Origin: an uncultured Candidatus Saccharibacteria bacterium
Lineage (GTDB): Bacteria > Patescibacteriota > Dojkabacteria > J137
Direction: 5' to 3'
Length of the DNA stretch: 64,000 nucleotides
NCBI GenBank assembly: GCA_964620955.1
Contig: CAZUKH010000001.1
Coordinates: 190,810 to 254,809, forward strand
Below, piece after piece: positions 39,390 through 48,007 of the stretch (position 1 is its first letter; every line of letters begins with the position of its first letter). The translations under genes were made by a program, and so were the position numbers. A model generated the notes under the pieces. It was not told where the DNA came from. It saw only the letters and a program-made list of their open reading frames with translations, and made no database searches.

Positions 39390-39433
39390 ATTTCTTTGAC
39401 CAAAGGCAGAGTTTTATTATCAGTTCCTAATAT

Positions 39434-40627
39434 TTATTGCTCGTTATGTTGTTTACTAGTACTTTTAAGTATTTCCTCTAAAAACAAAAGAAGATTAAAT
39501 CCATCTTCTATGCTTCCAATCTCCAAGTCTGAATGTCTTCCTCTCCCATAACGATTTTCAGCGAATGAAACAATATGTGTGTGTGGTACTCCTGCTAAAG
39601 TAAGTAATGTAGCAAAGTTATGCCCAAGTCCTCCTAAGTAACTTTCACCATCGGGATAAAATAGAGTTAGGACATCTGGACCATAAAAGATGGGATTAGG
39701 CAAAGCTTTCAATAGAGAAGTAATTGCTATTGAGTTTGGATCAGAATTGCGATTTGCATTGTATCCATTGTTATAAGTAAACCCACGCGCTCTTGGATTT
39801 GACTTAGAAAGTTCTGCTAAAGCTAGTTGAATTTGCGCACCTTTTAGTGATTGACTTAAAATAATTGAATGATTTGGCTCTCCATCAGCATTGGTATAGT
39901 GTACTTGAGCCTGGTATTGTAACAATATATCTGGAATAATAAGTTCTTGGAGCGGTACTATAGCCCTTATGCAAGGCAGAATACTTGTTGCGATTATTCC
40001 TGATGCGTTCCCTGTTGGTTCTAGGTCTAGCGCTAACAACTGAGCACGGACTTGCCTAGCATATAGTATGCTACCAAGTCCGGCTACCTCTTCATCGGTA
40101 GAAACTATAAAAGTAAAGTCAGTTTGAGAGTTTAAATAAGCAATTTCATGCATAAATAAAATAATTGTTGAAAGTTGCAGTTTCATATCAATTACCCCTC
40201 TAGCAATAATTTGATCTCCATTTGTATAAACTAAATTAGTAGAAAGATTTGAGGTAAAACCTACAGTATCTAAATGTGCATGTATAAGAATATCAGTTTG
40301 ATAGTTGCCGCGGGTAAATTCCTGTGGATTAATATTGTTATGGTCGGTTAATCGACTTCGAATGTTTGAAACTAAATAAAGTGGAGATTGTTTTGGTCCT
40401 TTTTTAGAATAAATAAAATCCCGAGGTATTGAATTTTCAAAAAAAGCTAATGCGTCGGGCCAGTCCTTACCCTGATTTACTCTTGTGTCCATAGAGAGAA
40501 TCAACTTACATGTGTCTAGTAAAAGTTGCCTTTTTAGATCAGGATCATTTATCCATTGTTCTGTATTGGTAAGCCGTAAGACTAATTGGTCAGGGTCAAT
40601 ACTTCGTGGATCGTGTTTTTCGATCAT
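39434..40627 (-). CDS. M20/M28-family metallo-hydrolase (divergent)
   Basis: HAHLDTV, ARGVIDMK, STDEEVAG, LEPT, RHSDLE; metal ligands in canonical order. Confidence 0.75.
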   Translation of the reverse strand: MIEKHDPRSIDPDQLVLRLTNTEQWINDPDLKRQLLLDTCKLILSMDTRVNQGKDWPDALAFFENSIPRDFIYSKKGPKQSPLYLVSNIRSRLTDHNNINPQEFTRGNYQTDILIHAHLDTVGFTSNLSTNLVYTNGDQIIARGVIDMKLQLSTIILFMHEIAYLNSQTDFTFIVSTDEEVAGLGSILYARQVRAQLLALDLEPTGNASGIIATSILPCIRAIVPLQELIIPDILLQYQAQVHYTNADGEPNHSIILSQSLKGAQIQLALAELSKSNPRARGFTYNNGYNANRNSDPNSIAITSLLKALPNPIFYGPDVLTLFYPDGESYLGGLGHNFATLLTLAGVPHTHIVSFAENRYGRGRHSDLEIGSIEDGFNLLLFLEEILKSTSKQHNEQ

Positions 40628-40726
40628 AATTATTAAAAACTTTTCGAGTGGATTTTAGCATCATTATTAATTACTTAGAGAAATTTATTAGACTTAAAAA
40701 AAGTTTTTACATTACTAACAAAAAAG

Positions 40727-40744
40727 CACGGACTTTAGCTCGTG
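40727..40744 (-). terminator. Putative intrinsic terminator or REP-like hairpin
   Basis: On - strand CACGAGCTAAAGTCCGTG followed by CTTTTTT, just after the stop of the C39-like gene. Confidence 0.4.
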
Positions 40745-40754
40745 AAATTTTTAT

Positions 40755-41867
40755 TTACTTAGCAAGCTTTTCGTACACAATCAAGTGATCAAACTGGCCA
40801 AACTCACTTAAAAGTCCAGTTTCGTTTTCAATTTTCCACGGATCTCTAATAATATAATCATTTTCAATCTTTTTAGTAACAACCACCCAGTGAGGTATTT
40901 GGGTAAATGATACTGAGTTATAGCCAGCAATTACAGCATTTCCATTACTAAGTTCATAGTCTAATCGTTCAAAACTTTTTTCGTTAAAGTATGCAGATTT
41001 AAGAGTTAAGTCGGTTGCGATGTTCGGTATAATATTCCACCGAACATCGCAACCTTCCAAGTAGCCAAGGTTATCTTTGTTTTTAAGTTGTGTGTTTAGC
41101 TGCAATGGGTCTATTTCGGTTCCATATGAGTTAATCATCATAGATAAAGCAGAAATAGCACAGCCAGCACTACTTATTGTATTGTCTATACATGCTCCAA
41201 GTATTTGGCTACCCCACAAAGGGTTTCGCTGGCTTTGTTGAACAATGTTGTTGAAGTCAGCAGCAGCAGTAGAATAGTCTTTAAGCTTTTCTTTTGCAAT
41301 TTCTTTTGTATTTAGATCTAAAGAGTATATTTCTGGTTTAATTGGTTTGTTATTTTCAAAATATAATTTATTAAAAAAATCCCATTCTAAATATGTTTTT
41401 CCTCCATAGCCTAGTGAAGGATTTAATATGTTGTCTGTTTCATGCTCTTTTTCGGAATAAATTAACTCCTTAATGTTTGACTGTAGGTTATATGTCCAAA
41501 GCTCAAAAGGATATATTTGAATAAATGCAAAAGAATTGCTGTCGGGTGCCCAAACGGGGGAGGTAATATATCTAAGGCTTTCTTCAATTACCCTTGGCTG
41601 AAGGTTAGAACCATTAATGTTTACAGTCCATAAAGTCGTTTTGCGCATACCTAAGTCTGGACTTGTTAAGAAAACATACTTTGTTTTGTCAGGAGAGAGT
41701 ACTACCTGGTTTTCAAAAACTAGTTCTTCACTTGGAATAATTGAATTTAGCTCTGTTATACTTACAAACTTTGTATGTGTATATAATTGGTCGTTATTGT
41801 ATACCCAAAGCCCAATCCCGGCTGCTGTGAGTAGCATAAATACGTAAATCAAATATCTTATCTTCAT
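40755..41867 (-). CDS. Membrane-anchored TolB-like propeller plus C39-like cysteine peptidase
   Basis: TM; SPDKTK and PVWAPD repeats; QSQRNPLW...AGCAISALSM, HWVV, IRDPW (Cys-His-Asp). Start set at ATG 41867, 5 nt after TGCTAAAAT (ORF track starts at 41882). Confidence 0.8.
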   Translation of the reverse strand: MKIRYLIYVFMLLTAAGIGLWVYNNDQLYTHTKFVSITELNSIIPSEELVFENQVVLSPDKTKYVFLTSPDLGMRKTTLWTVNINGSNLQPRVIEESLRYITSPVWAPDSNSFAFIQIYPFELWTYNLQSNIKELIYSEKEHETDNILNPSLGYGGKTYLEWDFFNKLYFENNKPIKPEIYSLDLNTKEIAKEKLKDYSTAAADFNNIVQQSQRNPLWGSQILGACIDNTISSAGCAISALSMMINSYGTEIDPLQLNTQLKNKDNLGYLEGCDVRWNIIPNIATDLTLKSAYFNEKSFERLDYELSNGNAVIAGYNSVSFTQIPHWVVVTKKIENDYIIRDPWKIENETGLLSEFGQFDHLIVYEKLAK

Positions 41868-41899
41868 ATTTAATTTTAGCACTCATTCTAGTAAAAAAT

Positions 41900-42496
41900 T
41901 TGATGTTAAAATTAGGTATGTATGACACACCGAATGACACAAATGATGATAGTTTTTCATTTACAGTACTTTACGAAAAAAAGGTCACCGATAGAGATGA
42001 GGTTGTTAGCAAACTTAAGAAGCAATTTGGAGAGCAATTAGTATCTCTGGGTAATCAAAGCTTCGAAGAATGGAGAATTAAGGAATTCGGTTTTCTGCGT
42101 TTATTAGGCCAACTTGAACAAGGTTCTTTATCGATTGATAAAATATTCAGTTCTATGAATAGTAATGAGATTGAAGTTTACATGCAAATAAGAATGCAAG
42201 AAGTATTAGGACAGAAAAAACAGGGAGATATTGTTGAATTTACCATTATGGATAAGAGCTTAATTAAAAGCTGGGTAACAAGTCGGCCTTTATCAAAACA
42301 TAACTATACTATTATGGGTGCTAAGGTTTACGCTACTTTGGGAGATGATGGTTTAAAGTATCTTCTAAAACAATCTACTGAAGTCCACTTAAAAAATTGG
42401 CCTCCTGTTTTACGAAAGCTTAGAGCTATGGGGATATACAATACTATTAAGTTTTTATTTGAACGAACCAGTTTTGGAAAGTTTTTCGAATCATAA
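41900..42496 (+). CDS. Hypothetical protein (ORFan)
   Basis: 198-aa ORF with no recognisable family; true start may be the ATG at 41918. Confidence 0.6.
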   Translation: MMLKLGMYDTPNDTNDDSFSFTVLYEKKVTDRDEVVSKLKKQFGEQLVSLGNQSFEEWRIKEFGFLRLLGQLEQGSLSIDKIFSSMNSNEIEVYMQIRMQEVLGQKKQGDIVEFTIMDKSLIKSWVTSRPLSKHNYTIMGAKVYATLGDDGLKYLLKQSTEVHLKNWPPVLRKLRAMGIYNTIKFLFERTSFGKFFES

Positions 42497-42528
42497 GACT
42501 TTCTAAGTTACTTTTAATAGCGGCGGAT

Positions 42529-42555
42529 TTAGCATGATATAATTTTGAGTGCTAA
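42529..42555. promoter_or_regulatory. CIRCE (HrcA operator) upstream of dnaJ
   Basis: TTAGCAtga-N9-GAGTGCTAA versus consensus TTAGCACTC-N9-GAGTGCTAA; right arm perfect, spacer exactly 9 nt. Confidence 0.7.
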
Positions 42556-42563
42556 AATAGCCT

Positions 42564-43676
42564 ATGTCAAAACGTGATTATTATGAAGTACTTGGAGTTA
42601 GTAAAAGTGCTTCAAAACAAGAAATAAAAAAATCTTATCGAAAACTTGCAAAGGAGTATCATCCTGATCGAAACAAGGCAACAGACGCAGAAGAGAAATT
42701 TCGGGAGGTGCAAGAGGCATACGATGTATTATCTGATGATCAAAAGCGGCAAGCCTATGACCAGTATGGATTTGCTGGGACTCAAGGTTTTGGGGGTGCA
42801 TCTGGAAACTTCGGAGGTTTTGGTGATTTTGGAGATTTATTTGGGGGCATGCAAGGGTCTTCAAGTTTTGGTGGGTTAGGTGATTTACTAGGTAGTTTTT
42901 TTGGCGATAGTTTTGCAGGTTTTTCAAGCTCTTCATCTCGTTCACAAGGTTCTAATGGTTCGGATATTTCTGTTAGCCTCAAATTAAAATTTGAAGAAGC
43001 AGTTTTTGGTGTCGAAAAAAATATTAAATACAGTCGTTTTGATACATGCGAAAGTTGTAAAGGTACTGGGGCAGAAGGGGGTAAAACTAAAACCTGCCCT
43101 ACATGTGAAGGCCGGGGACAGGTTGTAACTACTCAAAGAACAATTCTTGGAACTATGCAAATTGCACAACCATGTCCCACTTGCAGAGGTGCCGGGAGTG
43201 TGGCTGATTCTAGCTGCAAAATTTGTGGTGGTTCTGGACGAGTTAGAAAAGAAGAAGATTTAAAAATAAAAATACCAGCAGGTATTCCTGACGGTGTAAG
43301 TATGAGGTTTCAATCCAAAGGGCATGCTGGTGAAAACGGAGGGCGGGCAGGGGATTTATTTCTTAATGTGGAAGTAGAGCCACACCCACTTCTTGAAAGA
43401 CGAGGTGACGATATTTATATGGATAAGCATATTAGTGTTACGGATGCAGTTTTGGGTTCTGAAGTAAATGTAACTACAGTACATGGCCAGGTAAAAATGA
43501 AAGTCCCTCCTGGCACTCAGTCAGAAAGGGTTATTCGTTTATCCGGAAAGGGTGGTCCACGGTTTCGTAGAGGAAGCAACGGCGATCAGTATGTAAGAAT
43601 TATTGTAGATATTCCGATGAAAGTTGACAGAACGGAACGAATGTTATGGGAACAGTTACGTAAAGTTGCCAGATAG
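42564..43676 (+). CDS. dnaJ: Molecular chaperone DnaJ
   Basis: J domain with HPD, G/F region, four CxxCxGxG zinc motifs, C-terminal domain. Confidence 0.97.
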   Translation: MSKRDYYEVLGVSKSASKQEIKKSYRKLAKEYHPDRNKATDAEEKFREVQEAYDVLSDDQKRQAYDQYGFAGTQGFGGASGNFGGFGDFGDLFGGMQGSSSFGGLGDLLGSFFGDSFAGFSSSSSRSQGSNGSDISVSLKLKFEEAVFGVEKNIKYSRFDTCESCKGTGAEGGKTKTCPTCEGRGQVVTTQRTILGTMQIAQPCPTCRGAGSVADSSCKICGGSGRVRKEEDLKIKIPAGIPDGVSMRFQSKGHAGENGGRAGDLFLNVEVEPHPLLERRGDDIYMDKHISVTDAVLGSEVNVTTVHGQVKMKVPPGTQSERVIRLSGKGGPRFRRGSNGDQYVRIIVDIPMKVDRTERMLWEQLRKVAR

Positions 43677-43791
43677 TGTTAACTGGCAAGGAAACCTTTG
43701 TGTACAGTAATCTTCCGAAAAAATTTGACAAAACTTAAATTTCAGCCTTATTATAAGTAAGTAAAAGATAGCTAATTTAGACAAACAAACT

Positions 43792-44553
43792 ATGATAGAT
43801 CTTTCTTCAATTTGCGGTTTGCCTATTCAGCTTAATGAAGAGACAGGAGAAATAACAGTAGAAGGTGATTCAAATTTCGAAAAAGAAATCGAAGTAGCTC
43901 TCAATGAAATTATACCGGTTTTACTTAACAAGTTTTTGCGTTACCCCGAAAAAGTTTACAAAATGCACAGCAAAGTATTTAGATCTCAAGGTGCATCGGA
44001 CCTGGAGTACAGTCTCATACAAATTCCTTATGGACTTCTTGGTATTGAGTTTATTAAAACGCATATATTTTACAGCGATTTTGATAGTGAAAAAGTATCT
44101 AGTTTTGTAGAAGTAGTTAGTGGAGAAATAACTCTAATAATTCAACGTAACAAAGAGTCACAAGACGAATATGCCTACACACGTGAGGTCGATAACGTTG
44201 ATATTATTAAGCTTTCCAAAGGGGATAGGATAGCTATTCCTGCAGGAGTGTATTTTACTTTTGTAAATACTGGCTCACAACAGTGCCTCATAGCGGTTGT
44301 TACATCAAGTAAAGTAAGGAAAGTCGATTACTCGAATTTTCAGCGCGAGAGGGGTCTTGCTTACTTTATAATTTCCAAGAATGCGAGACTCGAAATTGTT
44401 GCAAATCCTCGTTACAAAGTGGCTTGTAAGGCTTGTCAAACTCCTTTTAAAAAGCTTAAACAAAAATATACTCACGATTTAATCAAAGAAAAGCAGCCAC
44501 TATATTCTATGTTAAGTTCTAGGCTGGAAGAATTAGTAAATGTTTTTGTTTAA
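43792..44553 (+). CDS. Cupin-type (archaeal-type) glucose-6-phosphate isomerase-like protein with altered metal ligands
   Basis: YGLLGIEFIKTH, EVVSGE, GDRIAIPAG, TFVNTG, YSNFQRERGLAYF, NPRY follow the cupin GPI layout; upstream TTGACA/TATTAT promoter. Confidence 0.65.
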   Translation: MIDLSSICGLPIQLNEETGEITVEGDSNFEKEIEVALNEIIPVLLNKFLRYPEKVYKMHSKVFRSQGASDLEYSLIQIPYGLLGIEFIKTHIFYSDFDSEKVSSFVEVVSGEITLIIQRNKESQDEYAYTREVDNVDIIKLSKGDRIAIPAGVYFTFVNTGSQQCLIAVVTSSKVRKVDYSNFQRERGLAYFIISKNARLEIVANPRYKVACKACQTPFKKLKQKYTHDLIKEKQPLYSMLSSRLEELVNVFV

Positions 44554-44599
44554 GGTTAGTTTTCTTTGTGATATAGTAACATCCTGCTAAAATAAGGGT

Positions 44600-45319
44600 A
44601 TGAATTTTTCTTTTCGTCTTAACTTATCTTGGTTTGGATTGCTTATTGGAGTTAATGCCCTTGTTTTTGTTCTGTTTACACTTTCTGCCTCAGGAGAAGG
44701 AATATTAAGAAAAGATGCAATAATAGTGTTTGGTGAACTGTTTACTCCTTTTGTTGTCGATGGAATGTTTTGGCTTTTAATTACTTCGACTTTTCTGCAC
44801 TACGATCCGCTACACTTTTTATTAAATATGGTTGCCTTGTGGCAAATTGGGAAGATAGTAGAAATATTGTATAGTGGTAAAAAACTATTTACAACATATA
44901 TTTTAAGTGGGGTTGGTGGTAGCGTTGCAACGTTACTGTTGTCAGTTTTTAATGCATATCCAATTGCCTCTGTTGGGGCATCGGGGGCAATATTTGGTTT
45001 ACTAGGATTGTTTATAGGAGGAATGTTAAGAAAAAATAGATATGGAATAGATTTACCAATAACGAAAGAGTCTTTGTATCCTACTATTGTTCTTGCTATA
45101 GCTATGAGCTTTTTACCAAATATAAACTGGGTTGCCCATGTTGGAGGGCTTGGAGTTGGGGTCGTTTTAGGTCTAATATTTGAAAATTCTTTAACACCTT
45201 CGCAGTCACCTAGAGATGCTTTTATTGAAAAGCTTTTAATCAGCCTGTCTTTAACAATACTTGTTTTTAGTTATTTGCTTTTAATTGGCAATCTTTTTTT
45301 TAATTTTTTTAATATATGA
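44600..45319 (+). CDS. Rhomboid intramembrane serine protease
   Basis: FLHYDPLHFLLNM, VGASGAIFG, AHVGG. Confidence 0.92.
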   Translation: MNFSFRLNLSWFGLLIGVNALVFVLFTLSASGEGILRKDAIIVFGELFTPFVVDGMFWLLITSTFLHYDPLHFLLNMVALWQIGKIVEILYSGKKLFTTYILSGVGGSVATLLLSVFNAYPIASVGASGAIFGLLGLFIGGMLRKNRYGIDLPITKESLYPTIVLAIAMSFLPNINWVAHVGGLGVGVVLGLIFENSLTPSQSPRDAFIEKLLISLSLTILVFSYLLLIGNLFFNFFNI

Positions 45320-45867
45320 ATATCTTATTAATTGGTCCATCAGGAAGCGGTAAGGATACACAGGCAGATTTTCTTGTTAAAGAAAATAACTTTTATAACC
45401 TGTCAACAGGAGAGTTGTTTAGAGAAGTTAGTAACCAAAATACACCTGAAGCTTTAGAGATAAAGAAGCACATACAGCAGGGTTTGTGGGTTCCAGATCA
45501 TCTTGTTTTTAAATTGCTTGAACAAAAACTTAAAAAACTTTCATATGAGAATATAATATTTAATGGGGCAATTAGAAAAACAACTCAAATACAGTTAATG
45601 GATAATTTACTTAATAAACTTGGAAAAAAGCTAGATGCTGTTGTTTATTTGGATTTGTCGGAGGAATCAGCAATCAAAAGGCTAATGCTTAGAGGCAGAG
45701 AAGATGACAAGCCAGAAATAATTAAAAATAGGCTAAATGAGTTTAAGACAAGTGTAGCTGAAATACTTGCTGTGTACGAAAGTAGAGGTATACTACACAG
45801 AGTAGATGCTTCGCCTTCTATCGAAGAAATAAGATTAAAAATTAAGCAGGCACTCAATTTATTATAA
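45316..45867 (+). CDS. adk: Adenylate kinase (short-LID type)
   Basis: GPSGSGKDTQA, LSTGELFR, WVPD, RGREDD. Confidence 0.85.
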   Translation: MNILLIGPSGSGKDTQADFLVKENNFYNLSTGELFREVSNQNTPEALEIKKHIQQGLWVPDHLVFKLLEQKLKKLSYENIIFNGAIRKTTQIQLMDNLLNKLGKKLDAVVYLDLSEESAIKRLMLRGREDDKPEIIKNRLNEFKTSVAEILAVYESRGILHRVDASPSIEEIRLKIKQALNLL

Positions 45868-45883
45868 ACTGATTGTAAAATCA

Positions 45884-45920
45884 TTGACTTTAGTCCCACC
45901 TGCCAGGCGACAGACAGGGG
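45884..45920 (-). repeat. Short GC-rich REP-like dispersed repeat, copy 2
   Basis: Reverse complement reads CCCCTGTCTGTCGCCTGGCAGGTGGGACTAAAGTCAA, similar to 22300-22327. Confidence 0.45.
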
Positions 45921-45932
45921 AATTTTATAAAT

Positions 45933-47288
45933 ATGAATAAAGAAAACGTAAGAGGGATTTTTCCCGAAAGTATAAAGAGGAATCTAAGAATTTTGCGATC
46001 ATTAGTAGGCATGGTTTATTACCGTTTTCCTGCTCGGAGTCTTAAACTTATAGGAGTAACAGGAACATCAGGAAAATCTACAACTGCCAATATGATCTAT
46101 CATATTTTAGAGCAAAGTGGTTTTAGTGTTGGTGTAATTTCAACAATTAACGCAAAAGCAGGGAGAAAATCTTTAGATACAGGGTTTCATGTTACAACTC
46201 CAGAACCAATACAATTTCAAAAGCTTTTAAGGTTTATGGCAAAAAGAAAAGTCGAGTACGTTGTTGTTGAGGCTTCTTCTCATGCACTTGCCCAGGGAAG
46301 ACTAGGAATAACCAAGTTTGAGTATTCGGTGTTTACTAATATTAAAAGAGATCATCTCGACTGGCATAAAACATGGGAAAACTATGCAGCATCCAAGGCA
46401 ATATTGGCTAATAAAACACGTAAGAAAATACTAGTAAATCGCGATGATAAAGATATGTATAACTTTTTATCAAACTTTCTTGGTGAAAGAACGGAAAGAG
46501 ATGTAATTACCTACTCAATGAAAGAGCCTACTAATACAGAAGAAACTGCTGTAGGTACAAAGTTTGTATTAAATGGGGTAGAGTACCAGTTACCTGTTTT
46601 AGGAATTTATAATGTTGAAAATGCTCTTGCCGCGATTAATATTTGTAAACTGCTAGGACTTTCGGATATTACTATCGCAGCGTCGCTCAAGTCATTTATA
46701 GGGTTGGAAGGGAGAATGCAGGTAATGCAGGCCAGACCTTTTCTTGTAATTGTAGATTTTGCCCACAATACAGATTCATTAATAAAATCTTTACTTACTG
46801 CTCAAAAGCTTAAATCAATTGGAGGAAAAGTTATTGTTGTTTTTGGATCTGCGGGCTTACGAGATAAGGAAAAAAGGTTTACAATGGGTGAGGCAGCAGC
46901 TCAGTACGCCGATGTTGTAGTTATAACAGCCGAAGACCCAAGAACAGAAAGTTTATTTGATATTAATAATGAAATAATTCAGGGAGCTGTAAAAGGAGGG
47001 GGTAAGCTTGAAAAAAGGTTTGCAAATTCTTCTGAATTTAATATTTTTGATGCGGAGCATTTAGTTTTAGAAAAAGGAATGATTTTTGCATTTGATGAAG
47101 AAAATGTAAACAGCAGGTATGATGCAATAGAATTTGCAGTAAGAGCTGCAAAAGAAGGAGATGTTGTTATTACCGAGGGTAAAGGTCATGAAAAAAGTTT
47201 GTGCTTTGGTACAACCGAGTACGATTTTACAGATCAAAAAGCTGTAGAAAGAGCTATTCATGGAGAAAATATAAATTTTTCTGACTAA
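45933..47288 (+). CDS. murE: UDP-N-acetylmuramoyl-tripeptide synthetase MurE
   Basis: GVTGTSGKST, HVTTP, EASSH, DHLDWH, DFAH, FGSAGLRD, EDPR, GKGHE. Confidence 0.9.
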   Translation: MNKENVRGIFPESIKRNLRILRSLVGMVYYRFPARSLKLIGVTGTSGKSTTANMIYHILEQSGFSVGVISTINAKAGRKSLDTGFHVTTPEPIQFQKLLRFMAKRKVEYVVVEASSHALAQGRLGITKFEYSVFTNIKRDHLDWHKTWENYAASKAILANKTRKKILVNRDDKDMYNFLSNFLGERTERDVITYSMKEPTNTEETAVGTKFVLNGVEYQLPVLGIYNVENALAAINICKLLGLSDITIAASLKSFIGLEGRMQVMQARPFLVIVDFAHNTDSLIKSLLTAQKLKSIGGKVIVVFGSAGLRDKEKRFTMGEAAAQYADVVVITAEDPRTESLFDINNEIIQGAVKGGGKLEKRFANSSEFNIFDAEHLVLEKGMIFAFDEENVNSRYDAIEFAVRAAKEGDVVITEGKGHEKSLCFGTTEYDFTDQKAVERAIHGENINFSD

Positions 47289-47316
47289 TATAAGAGAAGT
47301 TTGGAGTAATTTTAAT

Positions 47317-47805
47317 ATGAAAGTTGAGCCAACATGCATACATACAGCTACGGCAGCGCTCGAACTATTAACTATTCTTTCTTCAAAAGAACCAAACTAC
47401 CTTGCACAAAGAGAATTATTACATTTCGAAACAGGTATTGGCTTCCCAATTTGGAAAGATGATGTTTTAGCAGCATATTCTCACTTACTTCCTTACTGTA
47501 CAGATAACCAAGGGAATATAACAAACTCCGGGTGTAATATGATTGTTGAACTTTGTAGTGTTATGGTTCACCCTAATTTCCAAGGACAAGGACTAGGTAA
47601 AGAAGTAGTGGCTAAAGCTCTAGAAAAAGTCCCTCAATTCATTAATAAAGGATACCTGGCTATAGCAGTTGTACACATAAGCAACTTACCTTCAAAACAT
47701 ATATTTCAAAGTCTCGGATTTACCCAACAGCCTCTTCAACCGCAAGTTCCAAGTTTTCTTAAGGCAGGAGCAGATCAAAAAGTTATGTATGTGCTAAATG
47801 CCTAG
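47317..47805 (+). CDS. GNAT family acetyltransferase
   Basis: VMVHPNFQGQGLGK acetyl-CoA motif; NLPSKHIFQSLGF. Confidence 0.75.
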   Translation: MKVEPTCIHTATAALELLTILSSKEPNYLAQRELLHFETGIGFPIWKDDVLAAYSHLLPYCTDNQGNITNSGCNMIVELCSVMVHPNFQGQGLGKEVVAKALEKVPQFINKGYLAIAVVHISNLPSKHIFQSLGFTQQPLQPQVPSFLKAGADQKVMYVLNA

Positions 47806-47890
47806 CTTTTATACTGTGTGGCAGGTAAAATTTTGTATTTGTTTTGGGGTATAATTGTATATGAATAAACATATTCGAGTGTCAGAAATT

Positions 47891-48007
47891 ATGAAAAAAG
47901 ATAATCTTGTCTATGTTGACTATCTGTTAGAGTCAATAGAATTAATATTGGATTACCATAGGGAATACGATAAACTCCACAAGCTTATTGAACACAAGGC
48001 CGCATGA
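47891..48007 (+). pseudogene. Remnant N-terminus of a DUF86/HepT-like HEPN toxin
   Basis: MKKDNLVYVDYLLESIELILDY resembles the DUF86 N-terminus; ends after 38 codons with its stop overlapping the argS ATG (ATGA). Confidence 0.4.

Noticed and set aside
6113-40709. Shared ACTTAAAAAA(A)GTTTTTA motif upstream of two ORFans (about 6114 and 40692) as a cassette recombination site
   Set aside because: Low-complexity A/T tracts are common in this genome and similar runs occur elsewhere; not distinguishable from chance or UP elements.
43666-43689. Terminator hairpin TTGCCAG...CTGGCAA at the dnaJ stop
   Set aside because: It has a long loop and no following U-tract; too weak to call.
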